The notes below the pieces were generated by a model. It worked only from the letters and a program-made list of their open reading frames with translations. It searched no databases and had not been told where the DNA came from. A stretch of 64,000 nucleotides of DNA, taken from positions 682,001-746,000 of the forward strand of contig CP145414.1 in the NCBI GenBank assembly GCA_036867785.1, written 5' to 3'. The number at the start of each line of letters is the position of its first letter. Within the stretch, counting starts at the first letter, position 1. A program made the translations under genes and the position numbers. The stretch comes from Plasmodiophora brassicae. Taxonomy: Eukaryota. Below, one piece after another: positions 13,788 to 27,322 of this stretch.

Positions 13788-14996
13788 CTACAGTCGGATT
13801 GTCAGGAACACGAATTCCGGAAGGTTGACATCTGGCAGCGCGGTCTTCCTGGTTGGAGGAGGAGGAGGAGTGAGACCGGGGAAGCCGAGGGCGGCGCAGC
13901 GCTCATTGAAACGACGCACCCAGTCCGGGCGCTCTGTCGGCTCCGGCGACCCTCGGTAATATTCGCGGTAGTGTTCTTCGTCGTCGGCGATGGCCTCGAT
14001 GATACGCATGTCGACGTGACGACGGAACAGCTCCTCGAGCAACTGCCATCGGCGATGGCGTGCCAACAGTGCACGCGTTCGGTTCCAGTCGTGCCAGACG
14101 GCCAGCTCGATCATGGGATGGCGCAGAAAGTACTGGACATGTTCCAGCGACTGGTGCTGGATCGCCGATCGGCTCAATAGCTTCACAGTCACTAGGTACA
14201 GGTCGTCGCCCGTGCCAAGCAGCAACGCCTCCAGGACGTCGAAGCGCTCGGCTTTGAAGGCCGTCCAGATGGCCTTGATGCAGTGTTGCCGGCAATGAAG
14301 ATCTTTGAGACAGTCGCACAAAGGCATTCGTCGTTTACGTTCTCCAACGTAGCCCTCGGATTGTCCATCGTATTCGTCAGATTCGTCATCGTATTCATCA
14401 GGGTCATCATCTTCGACAGATTCCTCGTCGTATTCGTCGGATTCATCGTCGTCGTCAGATTCCTCTCCGTCGTCGTCCGTCTCTTCGTCCGAGTAATCCG
14501 ATTCGTCGTCGCCATAGACAAGGCACCCCTCACAGTACATGGCTGAGGGCGACGAGGTGACCCAGAACGGGTACTCATCGCGCATGTGAATGTTCATGAT
14601 TGCTCGCACCAGATCAACGCACGGCAGTGAGGCAGCCTTCAGGAGAGCCCTGGCCAGTTCGATATCGGTCCAGAAGTCCGGCGCCCAGAACTGCTCGCTC
14701 AGCCTCTCTTGCTCGACACGGCGAAGCACAGCAGTAACAGTACGCGAATGGCCATAGCGGAGGGCGGTCCGCAAGCAGATGGCGGCGAGTCTGACGTCGG
14801 TGCCGACGACGTCCAACGCCAATGCGCAATGCCCCATCCGAGCGGCCCAGCGGACCGCATACGTGGGCGAGGAGGGCCTCCGGCAGAGCGACAGCACGGT
14901 CGCCTGGCGGTACAGGCGCGACACCCGGAAGCACGCGTCGATGTTGCCCGGGTGCGCAATGAACGATATGCAGCTGGCGAGAACGTCGGCGTTCAT
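13788..14996 (-). CDS. Intronless 402-aa protein with degenerate ankyrin-like repeats and an Asp/Glu tract
   Basis: AVRWAARMGH and TALRYGHSRTV resemble ankyrin repeats; F-box-like start (DVLASCISFI..CFRVSRLYR); roughly 50-residue D/E-rich insert. Confidence 0.6.
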   Translation of the reverse strand: MNADVLASCISFIAHPGNIDACFRVSRLYRQATVLSLCRRPSSPTYAVRWAARMGHCALALDVVGTDVRLAAICLRTALRYGHSRTVTAVLRRVEQERLSEQFWAPDFWTDIELARALLKAASLPCVDLVRAIMNIHMRDEYPFWVTSSPSAMYCEGCLVYGDDESDYSDEETDDDGEESDDDDESDEYDEESVEDDDPDEYDDESDEYDGQSEGYVGERKRRMPLCDCLKDLHCRQHCIKAIWTAFKAERFDVLEALLLGTGDDLYLVTVKLLSRSAIQHQSLEHVQYFLRHPMIELAVWHDWNRTRALLARHRRWQLLEELFRRHVDMRIIEAIADDEEHYREYYRGSPEPTERPDWVRRFNERCAALGFPGLTPPPPPTRKTALPDVNLPEFVFLTIRL

Positions 14997-15594
14997 TTGC
15001 CCGCGCCTCTCCCGGCCGTGACGGGTGGTGCTGGATGCACCGACACGGCGACTACAAAATCAGGGCACAGAGCGCCGCACTTTCCAGCACCATTCCACGT
15101 AACGGGGCGCGCGGACGGACGGACGGAGCGAGCGCCCCGGCCCCGAACCGAACCGGAATCGCGTTTGCCTGAGACGACCGGTCATGCCCTGCCTTGTGGG
15201 CAATGGTGATGAACGCATGTTCGTGTATTGGCATAGCGGGAGACGCCGACGGCGCTGGATGCTGAGACGTGTGGCTAGGAGACGCCCGTGCCGAACGACC
15301 CCACACACGGGGCCAATCCACAACGCCGCCAGAACGTCAAAGTTCTCGGCTTTCCGTTGGGCGTCCAAATTGTCTCACGCGCGTGCTGCAGGCAATACAG
15401 AGCCTGAAGACAGTCGTACAGGGGAAGAGCCTGACGCACGCTGGGAGCCACGAAACCTTCTTGCATCACTGTGCTCGGGCCCTGCATGACTCACGTTCCG
15501 GTTTGTGTTATCCGGGTGCAGCAGCACCGAGGTCGGCTCGTGTTTCAAATCCGAAACTGGGCCCTGGCGGACAAGGCCGACGTCTGGCGAGATA

Positions 15595-16822
15595 ATGTTG
15601 AGCCCAGTCGTGAGCCGGGCTCTGCTCTTGTCCCTCGGTGCGTCGTCCACGAATGTCATCGGCGGCGCGGCCACGCTCTTTGCCAAGAAGGGCGATTACC
15701 GCCTGCTGGTCTGCACGGTTGGCATCTCTGCAGGCGTCATGGTCCGTCTGATGTGGCGATGCACTGGGGGCGTACCTTTGACACGTGGGCGTGCTCGTGC
15801 CAGGTTTACGTAGCGCTGATGGATGTCATGCGGGAGTCGGAGGCGGCGTTCGAGCGGTACCATAAGGACAGGTCAAAGGCGGCGGTGACGACGGCATGGT
15901 GCTTCTTCGCCGGTATGGTGGTCGTGTACCTTACCCGAGTGGCGAAGAGGCGCCTATCCAAATTACTGAGGCGAAACGATGGCGACGCGACACGCCCGGC
16001 GCCGGACGCCAATGGTGCTGCCGCCACCGACAACGAACGTGACCGTGATGCGGGCGCCGACAACGCGAGTCAGAACGATGACAGGGCAGCGGTCAGGACC
16101 GGGTCACCGGATAATGCCACCGCTCCATCCGATTCGGTGTCGGTCCCGGTCGACGCAGCGCCCGATGACGCCGGCAGCCGAACTAGCGAAGTCGACGAGG
16201 ACCTCGAGGAGGGCATCACCCTAGTGAGCAAGCAGACTGTGATCAGCACTGTCGTTGCCCTGTTGAAACTCGCTGTCTACAACGTCCCGGAGGGGTTCGT
16301 CACCTGCGTCGTGGCCATCCACGAGCCGAGCATGGGGATTTCAGTCGCCGTACGTATACTGTCACCGGTCATCGGTTATGGGTTGATAAGCCCATTGTCT
16401 GTAGTTGGCCGTCGCACTGCACAACGTGACCGAGGGGGTCTGCATCGCCTTGCCGATCTATTTCAAGACCGGATCCCGGTGCAAAGCGTTCACCTGGGGC
16501 CTCGTCAAGGGCGTTGTCCAGTTCTCTGGGGCCTTGATCGGACTGGGCGTCCCGCCAAGGCACATCAGCGATATGTTCTTCGGACTCGTCACCGCATGTA
16601 GGCCTGCCGATCTAACGCTCGGTTCCGATTCTGATTGACCGGGCGGCTACCGTAGTCACGTCGGGCATGCTGGTGTTCACAGCGCTGTCCGAAATCCTGC
16701 ACAAGGCGCGTAAGCACGACCCGAACGACAAGTGCACGACCAGGTTCATCTTCGTCGGCATGTTCGTCACCGCTATCGTGCTGACAGCGCTGATCTCCCA
16801 GCGTCACAGTCGCTACCACTGA
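15595..16822 (+). CDS. ZIP family (ZupT/GufA-like) metal transporter; multi-exon
   Basis: LLLSLGASSTNVIGG, GISAGVM-VYVALMDV, AVYNVPEG, AVALHNVTEGVCIALPIY, GMLVFTALSEIL, GMFVTA. Confidence 0.88.
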
Positions 16823-17944
16823 TACGTACCCACTCACCCAAAGCATGTACTTCCTCCGGCCCGGGAATCTCTATACAATAACTCGGCTCCGATATCGCCG
16901 CGTTGTACGATAGCCTCGGCCGACACGAGCGCCAACTCCACGCGCGAGCCGATCATACTGCTGGCTGCTCTAACGTGGGGTTTAAACCGCACTGCAAGGC
17001 ACCTTGCGTGTCGGGACGTCCAGCTGGTGCTCGTGGTGAAGGACGCGCTTGCAGCGGCGCACGGTTCGTAGCTTGCTAATGAACTGCTCGCAGTTGAAGA
17101 GAAGCCAGGGATTTGCCAGGGCTCTCGTCTGCTTCGACACGGCGGGCGTCATTGTCGCCGACGACGCATTGCCGTTCGAGCACGCATGCGTCCCTGTGGC
17201 TGAGTCTCGCTCAGCGCTCCTGGAATCAGCGGCGAACCCTGGGTTCATGATCCGGAGACCGCATTACTTGCCATTGGCGTATCGCATTGGGCCGGGCTAG
17301 GTTCGATTGGGGAGGGCGTGCTGAGAGGACGACGACCACGTCAACGCTGTCGCTGGGACACAGCGTTCCGAATACGCACGCCGTTGGGGAAGTGCCATTT
17401 CGGCGATGCGAGCTCTGCATCTTCAGTTACACCAGCTCCTTGATGGACCTTTTTCAGTACGAAGATTATGGATGGACCGGGCGGCTGTGTTCGAGATCTT
17501 GACGCAACCTGCCGTCAGTGTGCTAGCTCCCGAGGGAGTGTATATTCTGTTCCAGCACGGCGTGACGATTGGCACTGTGGCTGCATTCCGAAGTTACCAA
17601 TTGCCACCGACTTTGTGGATGGGCTCCGTTGCTCCATGCCCTGGAGAACTAGTCGGCCTGAAGAACAAGCAATAAGGCGTGGAGCCAGGGGACGCAAGAC
17701 GGAGGCACGAGAAGAACCAAGGACGAATTTACGCGTACCTCGTCTCTGCCCTGTTATCGACAGTCCGAAAAGGCTTCTGACGGTCGGCGGGGAAGCGCTG
17801 GCGAGACAGTAAGTGGTCGGAACCTAAAGCAGTACATGGGTCAGCGTACGTGAGAACAACTAGGGGACAAGTCCTGATGAATCAGGGAATACATTTTCGA
17901 AGAATGTAAGGCAGATGAAGGGTTTTCAAGCCTCCTGCGTAATC

Positions 17945-18669
17945 CAGTACGTACAAAGTTAATCCTCGGTTTAAGCACATATATTTGTCCCAGGGGGTCG
18001 GTGCTTAAAGTGAGGGTGTTCTAATATGCGAAAGCTCCCCGGGTTAAGTGAGGGCTCGTGCTATTTTGGTCGCCTGAATGACTCTGGAGTGTGGGGGACT
18101 GTGGTGGACTGTCCACCCCGCCCCGGTGCCGTTGGTGGCATTGCCATTACAGCTGAGGTCTGTATGAACATCTAGGGCGCGCGGAAACAAACGTACCCGC
18201 GTCAGCAACGCTGACAAACTCAAGGTGATTGACTACATCGAAAGCAACCCGGCACCACTCACCACGCAGCTCAGCTGACCGCTTTAACGTTGACCGCTCC
18301 TGCGTCACGAAATGGGTGAAGATCAAAACCGACATTCGGCGACTGTGCGAAACGTCAACGGCTGGGAGGGAAAGAAAAGTGGTGAACGTGGATTCGTATT
18401 ATCCCACGAGCGACGGGTTGCTATATGCCTGGCAGCTGCATGCACGTAAGACTCCATCTGACGATGATGATGATGATGGAATCGATATCGTTCCGGTTTC
18501 AATCGACGAGGCAGTCGTTGGAACGAGGATTTTGCTAAAGTTCATTGAGACGGCAGTTCCTGAAGAGCTACCAGCAAGGTTTAACACCGAAACGCATGAT
18601 GTTCTTACTGGGTTGCTAGCCTCGTTGATCACGGTTCGGCGGCAACAACGCAACGAAAGGCTTGTCTAG
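17945..18669 (+). mobile_element. Degenerate pogo/Tigger (CENP-B-like) DNA transposon remnant; limits uncertain
   Basis: ADRFNVDRSCVTKWVK (psq-type HTH) followed by YP...LLYAW..HAR (CENP-B/Tc5 HTH start). Frames are broken and no DDE domain is seen. Imperfect inverted repeat at 17964-17978/18001-18015 upstream. Confidence 0.5.
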
Positions 18670-19193
18670 TTGCGACTCGAACACGTGTCCATGAAGAAGT
18701 CATCGGCAGCGTCGACGACGTCGACGTCATCTGGAGCGAAGTTCCGCGTCGGCGACCGCGTTGAAGTTCTGAACACCAAGGGAACAGTTGTCGCGTTGGG
18801 CACCATTGAAGGATTCGCTGGATGTGTGATTCACGGGCGACCAGCTGACCAAGACGAAGGCAGTTCTTCGCAGTTCCCAAGTCGCTGATGGATACGAGCA
18901 GATGCCACTGAGCATTCCCAGTGATTTCGCGACGACGCTGTGAAGTGGTGTTCATGCACGTGTTCAAAATTGCTGAATTGCGAGCCACGTGAGCCGACGT
19001 ACGTGCACCAGCCGGACGTCAAATGGCATATGGCCTCTATCTCATTCTCATACAGTACTGAATTCATTGTTATGAAATGTCCTGTCTACCTACTTTTATT
19101 GATACGTACGAGTCGCGAGCGAGTACGTGCCCGTCCTAGATAGTTGGTACATCTACCTGTCCGAGACACCCGCTGGGGGTGTCTCTGTGGGCG

Positions 19194-22100
19194 TTACAAA
19201 TGCGTCAGGAACTTCTGAAACGAGGGAACAATCAGAGGTCGGCATCCTGGAAGTACGACGTTGACTTACCGTCCCCATATGAAACGAAGTCGAACAGCAA
19301 CATGCCGTCAATGAAATCGAAATCAGCCGGGACTGGGTTTAGGCTGGTGCGCAATACATGCTCGCTGATCTGCCACGTATTCATGCATCAGGGACCAAGC
19401 TTGCCTGCTGCCGTTGATTGGTACAACCTGGTAATGGAACTGCCGGAGTTGTCGTAGAGACTTGACCCGACGGAGAGTCAGGATTGGCCTAGCGAGTGAT
19501 CCACCATCGCACGCAGGCGAGATTCCGGTTGATGGATCGGGTCCTGAGGCCATCCTAGAGTGACGTCCGACTTGCACCGCGTTCTCATCCACGGATGACC
19601 TCTCAGATGATCGTAAGCGCTGCCCCAGGACGCGGATGTGGGGCTGGAATGAGGAGAAACGGTTCGTCGCATCAGCATCATCACGATTGAGGTCGTCACC
19701 CGCAGCCTTCAAGCATATATCAGGTGAATGAAGCCTCTCAGCATTAGAGTATCGCATCAGAATGTACCTTTTCTGGACCTGCAGACAAAGAATCCTCTCC
19801 AAGAGCAAGGGCCATCCGGTCGGCCAGGAACATCCACTGGTAGAGTTGGAATTGCGATGGCAAAACGGCTGAAGAACGATAAGCCTGCTGCAGGAAAACA
19901 ACTGACAGGGAACTTGTGTACCGATAGCTAAATCCACAAACTTGCATGCCTCAAGAAGAAGGTCAAGGTCTGCGCTTTCGTCGAGGACGGAAATGATTTC
20001 CATTAATACAACAGGCCTGCAGCACCAGTCATTATACGAGATGCGACTTGTTGACAACGAATCACCATATCAGCGTTAGATGTTCAGGACTAACGCGCAC
20101 AATCAGAATTCGAATGCAGAACAGGACTTGAGCATGAAGTGGACTGGCGTCTTCGAGCTTCAGTGATTCTACCAACTGTTCAACTCGCTTCAGTGTTCGT
20201 TACGATGCGGAACAGTTGATGATAACCTTTTCTACAATGGTTGGAAGATATCGGGCGTATTGATCGACTCGTCCAGCGTGAATCATAAACGTCAATCGCT
20301 TCAGTTGCCGGGAGCGGACTAGGACATCAGACTTGTGCGACGTGAAAAGAGCCACTTGGCTGTTGGTATGCCGGCCCATCAGTTGTTCCGTTAACAAAGG
20401 TGGTTCCTGTGGAGCCTGTCACAATAGCACCAACGTGTTTGAGGTCACGAGCTGACCTCTGTCACGACTCTAGTCAAGATGATTCTCCATTGAGCAAGAG
20501 CGTCAACACTGGTGTCGAAAAAATCATTGTGCTGAAAGATTGACCAGGCCTCACGTTTCCAGACGCGCAAGCTGAACTTATGCTATGCAAGAATAAATCT
20601 CACGAGTCAAGAAACCAATTGCTATTCTAGGATACCTTGTTAACGGCAAGGCTGGCAAATAAAACTGATGCAGCGTAGGCATACTCGACGTTTGCGAGGG
20701 ACCGGTTCTCGATGTTGGCTACAAAGTACGGCACAATAGTCGCCAATGTCGCACAAGCCCTGTCCATAATGCAACACATTAACGCATGGCGACAGCGCGA
20801 CGAAATAGAAGTCAAACTTGTCGTCATCCTCAGGCGACCCGGCAGGCCATACAGCCCGAATAATCTGGGCCGCAACGTTGGACAGCGAGCGCAACGACAG
20901 GAGACGAACTGTGTTCGACGACGATTTGGACGGTGCATGCCACTAGGTATCGGTCAGAGAAGATCTCAGGAACGGCAGGTCAACAATGAAGATTACGCTC
21001 GGCAGTGGAGGAACATCATCATCTTCATCATCATCCCCTTCGAATGATTCGCTACATGTCAAGACGAGGGGGACGGCATGTATCTCGACGGCGATAGGAT
21101 CGTTAGAGCTCTGCAGAGCGTTACAGGGTGCTCCGTCTTTGATGTGGCATCAGTACCTTAGTGCATGCTGACGAGCATAGAAAAAGAAGGCCTTGAACCA
21201 TGTCCCGGATATCCTTAGTCGCTTTGGGATCGATCTTAGACCAGGATGTACGGATGACAAATTCATGCGTAATGGACAGCAACCAGATGTGGGCCATCAA
21301 CGATTCCTCTCTGGAAAGTCGTCAGATTTGAGCATGAATCTCACAGTCTTATACGTTACAGCAGTAGCGAAGGTTGAGAGTATATCTTAAAGAGAAGCAA
21401 CAGGCGGGGCCACGTGTCGGTCTGCGAAGCAATTCAGCCGAAGAGCACGCGCGTCCGCGATGATTCATACAAGTTTGACACTCTTCTTGCACTTATGAAC
21501 GTATTCGTCCGCGAAGTGCAGAATGGTCGCATCGGAAATGGAGGTCGAATTTGGTTTGGAAAGGTCACGATGCTGAATGGGCAGGTTCGCTATGTGGGCC
21601 AACGAGCCGATTATGAGGTCGGGGACGGCTTTGGGTAGAATATCTAGCATTTGACATAGGAAATGACCTAGATGAGAATATCAATGGAGTGAAATGGCAA
21701 GACGATAGAAATTCCTACCAGTGGACATAAGGGAGCGTGTTTGCCATGCTAAAAGGAGTGCCGCGACAACTTGTAAGGGATACTTTTCCAACAGAGGATC
21801 AATCAAAGTAACAACGACACTCAAAATATTGGATGGTTTCTGTAACTGGATTGATAAGAAGACGTGCACAGCAATGGACTCCTTACGGTTCGATCAATAT
21901 CTTCATTGTCCGAAGGGGAACAATCTTGACCAGTGCTGACTAACAACCACGCGCAAATAGCCCCCTTGAAAACCAGCTTAAATACGATTAGAGGCAACCC
22001 ACAATCAAAACTGACATCAACGACACGAGCAATGATAGCATCCGTTGAGGTACCGTCACGTCGAGATGATGCACGTGATGAACCCGCATCGTTACGACTC

Positions 22101-25100
22101 GAAATAGCACCGGCTGAGAAAATCCCTCCGAGAAATCCCAACATACCGGTGGCTGCGGGGACAAGGATTAGGGGACTGAACACGTTTAGTCGCTACGATA
22201 CATTTACCGTTATTCGAGTCGACAGGTACCATAGCCCCAGAATTATCATCCTTCTGAATCGGTACAACGTCTAGAAGGTAGTAATGCACGATAGCACACA
22301 ACCCGTGAAGAAGACGACTCAGTGCATGCATCTTGATTAATGTCGCTTGTTGTACCTGCAACGAAAAACGTGGGCTGCTGCTCTACAAACCATACCAGAG
22401 GATGACACACCAGTCCACAGAGAGTGGATACGACAGCGAGGCACAATGAATCCACAGTCGCGCCCAGGTGAGGGAGGCACAAGAAAGAGACGCTAGGATG
22501 GGACAAGCCGCAGTAAGATGAGAGGACATCGTGAACACACAACACTATTCACTTGATCCACTGGGAGAGCAGATCCACTGACGGGAACAGGCTAGCTCGC
22601 TCGATACCCGACAGAAGTGTTGACGAAAACAGAGGCGAGGCCGTCAGTGACGAATCGCCGCGCCGGTTGTTCTCGATGACAATGTGCCGTACCAGATTCA
22701 ATAAAGAAACCTGCACGAAGTGAGCTGTTGGTCCGACAGCATCAGGGTATTGGTACCTGAACGCATTCGGAGTCATGGGATAAGCTGCCCGAAAGAGCCC
22801 TCACAACAGCTGAACCGATCGCCTCCAGCTCAGGCATTACGATTCGCGGTGCACGCGCTTGTACAGGCGTTTTCTGCGACGATGCTGGACGAACATTCGA
22901 GGATAGCTTAACCAGAATAACCAGAAGGTCGCAAGCGGCAAGTCGAACATCAGTGTTCGCAGATCTGCATGTTTCTAAGTCGCCAGGACACCGCATAGGG
23001 CTGTTGTACCAGTTACCGGAAGTGTGAAAGTTCCATCTGGTCATATCCATCTATGTCGATCACGATACCTTGCGTAAAACGTAGGGCAGACCATACAATG
23101 AGGTCCAAGTACGTCACGGTTTGCGGGAGAACGTATGTCATATCATGTGGTAAGTTCGCATCTACGAAATAAAGGTTAAACTTTCAGAAGGCACAAGGCA
23201 GGCGTTAAAGCATACATCGTTGCAAGTGCCTCTTCAGCAGATCGCACGTGCCATGGTGGGACAGCGAAACTTGTGACGCAGCATCGACAATAGCATCGGC
23301 ATGCACAGTCGAGAAGCAGGATACCAACTGCTTCAGCGCATGCCGGACCATGCCTGTGTCATAGATGTCGTCGTAGTGCAAGTCGGGACTCGAACGAAAT
23401 GTGCTCGGGCACAGTAGGACTGTGAAAATGGGGTCGAGAACCCTAAACCGAAAGCGATTAGCCAAGCATTTTCACAGAATGACGACTTTTGACCTAGCAA
23501 TATGGTGGGTCGATTCGCGAAGCCATTCGTACGCAACCAGCTTGATAGGGGTATGGTCATCGGTCAATGCGTCGAGCATCAGGCTGAGAGCATTGTGGAA
23601 CTGCGACTGATGAAGAACAGAAGTGGTCTCAAGAGTCGACTGCAATTTCCACAAGAGCGCAAACCTGGTATCCAGTCAGAGGGTCAGTCATGCAGACAAG
23701 CGTTCCACGTCAAACTTCTTGTAGCCAGTCATCCGGTCAGAAACATCTTCTCGTGAGCGGAACGGCTGCAGCATGGCATCCGCCACAGCACATTCGCAAA
23801 GGTCGGACCGAACCACATGCAGTTGGGAGATGAGTTTTGCAACCTGCTAGATGTTAACTTCTTTAGAAGTTTAACGAAAGTTATTCGGCACACCTTGATG
23901 TTCGTAGATGGACACGATCGATCGAGAAGGTCCCACAGCCGTAAAATAGCTTGCGAACAATCCTCATCCCGATATTTGATGAGCTGACTTTTCACCAACT
24001 TTAGCCAGCATTCGATGCCTAGGTTCCATATAAACTCCATGAACCGGGATTGCAAGCAGCGTCAATACTAAGGCACGCCAGTTCAGGGTGGGGGAACGCG
24101 CTGGACTGCATCATGAAGGATGCAAATCGCTCCGCAATTTCGAGTCGCTGATTCTCAATGTTGCCACGTAATAGGGCAGAATGCATAAGGGAATACTGGA
24201 CCGCGACAGCAACGAGAGTCTCGCGAGTCGTGTCGGTTGTGCTTACAGACTGGTCGCGACTGTCGGTCTAGCAAAGTATCAGTAAAGCTGGACGCTACTG
24301 GGAATCAATGGGACATACTTCGATGACGGATTCAAGGGTAACAGCGGTCGCTTTGTCAAATATGCCTCCGCCGGACACCAGATGGGAATAGACGGGAAGC
24401 GGGACGTTCAAAAGGAACGTTTTCCATTCTTTGAGTGGTACGTGAGAGTGACCGGAAAATTTCGTCGACAACAATTTCGATGTAAACTGCATGGCGCGCA
24501 GAACGTCGCTCGTAGCTCCACCCCAGTCAACCCTAGTGTGGAACATTCAGGAGGTCGGCAACAATATAGCGCAGTCACTGCTATGAACCTGTATAGCGAT
24601 CGAAGCATTATATCGATCAGTGAAGCGAGAATACGCGCATCGCCTGATGCGCCCTGAACGAATCAGGTGAGATCGTGAAAGGCACAAAACGACGTCGAAC
24701 TAAACCTCGATGAAGTGTACAGGGAGAAAGTCCAGTGCGAAGTCGACTAAATTAATAACGTCGTTTCTGGCGGATGCCGCTGTCTCCCGGGCAACGAGTG
24801 CAGGCTCCGCATTCCCATCTCGCGCGGTGACCGTTAGCTCGAACACTTCTGCCAACGACATTTCAAGGGCCTTCCAAACGATATCGAGGTCAATATGATT
24901 GAAGAACGACTGCGCTGCTTTGAGGACAGCAGCAGAAAACGACGCTGGGGACTCGACTTAGCACACAAGCCATGATACAGTCAAATCCGGGCACGTTATA
25001 CCGGTAGTGGACGACTGGGACGATTCTTGACCCTGCAGGTTCGATTCATACGCATACTTGATCAAGGGGACAGCTATATGAGACAAGAAGGGGCTGGCGC

Positions 25101-26673
25101 GTATCTCCTATAACGGCGAACACTGAAATGACAGAAGTATCTGCTGAGCATCGCAGTCGACTGACCTCGCGTTCCATCAGCGTCCTTGCAATGTTAAAAG
25201 GTTCCGCTGCTTCCTCAGGCGTTTGACTAGACGATTCGATAATTTGAACTAGAGACTGCACGACCATTTCAAGCGTCGTAGGCGTCAGTGATAGAGTCCC
25301 TGCTGATGCCACTGATTCCGGTTGGCCGAGCAACCATGAATAGAATCGCCTATTCACAGATGTTTCTCGACGAAGAATGACAGGAAGAGTAGCTTGAACT
25401 AAATGATATTTGAATGTCACACAGGGTTAGAGCAACCGGTGCGAGGAAACTAACCCAGGTATATAAGCTCGGTGCGGGTGAATAAAGATTCAACCAGCGG
25501 AAAGTGCGAAATCAACAAGTCAAACATGGCACGCTGAGCCAAAACGTCCTTGTCATGCAGAGTGGCAACAATCGCCTGGCAAGAAGACAATGAGGCTTCC
25601 ACAGTTGTTTGCCGAACAGAAACGTTACCTTAATCGCTATTGACCGATTGGGTGGCAAATATTGTTCCAGTTCAGGAGTGCCGATCGCAGGTATTGACGA
25701 ACAGATGTATCGCAGTGCAGAAGGTCGGCATGAAGGGCATTGGAGGAGGCAACGCCACAGCGCCAATGCGAAGTGCGGCGCGCTTGTATTCTGTCTTGTC
25801 TGGTCTGGGCAAGCCACGTTAATTACAATGGCAGGTGCTCTAAGTAGGACAAACCCCCTACCTAGGAGTTTCAGTGTTCGATTGTAGACATCACCGGAAC
25901 CTTCGTCAAGTCCTGATTTAAATAAGACGGGGCAGACATATCACAGCGCTGTGTCAGCCACAGGTTACCAGGTAGCAGCGCAAGAATGAAGCCTCCCAAA
26001 CAGGGCAACAATTTCTTGTCAAGTTTGACAAAATACTGCTCATAAATATCCAGAAGCTCGGGTTTGACCCGCGTAGATGCATAAGACAGCAATGGAAACA
26101 AGCCAGCCGAATAAAGCGAAAGGTCCTATGTCATAGCGGATGATCAAACCATCATTGACGTTCTTCGTTAGCGGCGCTGTTCGAACCTGCGCCAAACGTT
26201 GGCTTCCAATACGCTCAAGGATGGCTTTATACGTTTCGAGCGTCTTGAGATGGACTCCGCCAGGTAGGACAGGGTTCAGACACTGCGCAAGTCTACTCCC
26301 AAGTTTCAACACCAGTCTTGACAGCAGCAAGCGTTGCCGTCAAACCGTTTAGCAACTGTCAATGCCATCGGGACGAGCTCGACGTTGGAATACTTCGCCA
26401 GCACTTTGTTCACCCGTCCAAGGCATTTGATCAGATCCTTGACACACGCATCTCAGTGCCGTCACAACACGAAATCGGCGAGCTCACCGGCCACTCGCGC
26501 GCCTTCTCAAACGCCTATTCCCCCGGCAAGTCAGCTGCAAGCCCATCGTTTCCCGGCGCGACGCGGGAACGCACCTGCATTGAAACGAGCATGGCATCAT
26601 AGAACGGCTTCAGCTGAGGATGGTTCCGCTGCGCCACCTCAGCGGCAGCTCGCGATGCGGGCGGCTGCGACAT
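19194..26673 (-). CDS. DOP1: Dopey / DOP1 family Golgi-endosome trafficking protein; many introns
   Basis: Dopey N-terminal signature [75 protein letters not shown]-terminal [20 protein letters not shown]. Confidence 0.9.
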
Positions 26674-26869
26674 CACCGCGCCGTCGCCCTAACGTTGCAC
26701 GTGGTGCCGATGCAAACGCAGAGACGCCGACCAAAAAATGATGCTTCACCCTGAACCGGTGTTGAAGTGGCGATCTGAATCTGGCAAAGGCTATTCGAGA
26801 ATCTGTAGGTACCTCGACCTGCAAGCTGGAGAATGGTTGGGGGTGTATGCTAAGATTCTGTATACCATA

Positions 26870-27128
26870 TCAGTCAGCATCGAGGATGTCGTCTAGTCGT
26901 CGTCCGCGAGACTGTTGCGTTGTGTCGGTAACGGTGTGGCGATTGTCGAACGTGATGGTCGTCTCGGTCGAGTCGGCGGAGGAGGCCGTCATCATGACGG
27001 GCACGTTGGAAACTCGTACGGCGCCGAGGTACAAGCAACGGATAATGACCCGTAATAGTATGCAGCATATTGCGGCAAGGACCAGGATGCCAACGCCGAC
27101 GAAACTGTATAGGACCACGTCAGGCCAT
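26870..27128 (-). CDS. Small single-pass membrane protein
   Basis: MASWPDVVLYSFVGVGILVLAAICCILLRVIIRC: one TM helix followed by a Cys/Arg juxtamembrane segment. Confidence 0.5.
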
Positions 27129-27322
27129 GACGCCATTGTGACAACAGACACGAAGATATTTCCCTGGTGTCGCATCGCATTCGTATCTGCGGATATTCGA
27201 GTTCACGACGTGGTCCGGCTTGACGTGTCGAGGTTGCACCTGGACCTTATCAGCATGTTCCGAATCGGCACCAGCGGATCTAGGACAACCCGGCCAGAAC
27301 GGTAAAGATGTTGGTTGTGTAC

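Noticed and set aside
16830-17820. Possible small genes between the ZIP gene and the pogo remnant, and at 36856-37158
   Set aside because: Short ORFs on both strands with no recognisable motifs or consistent splice model; a call cannot be supported.
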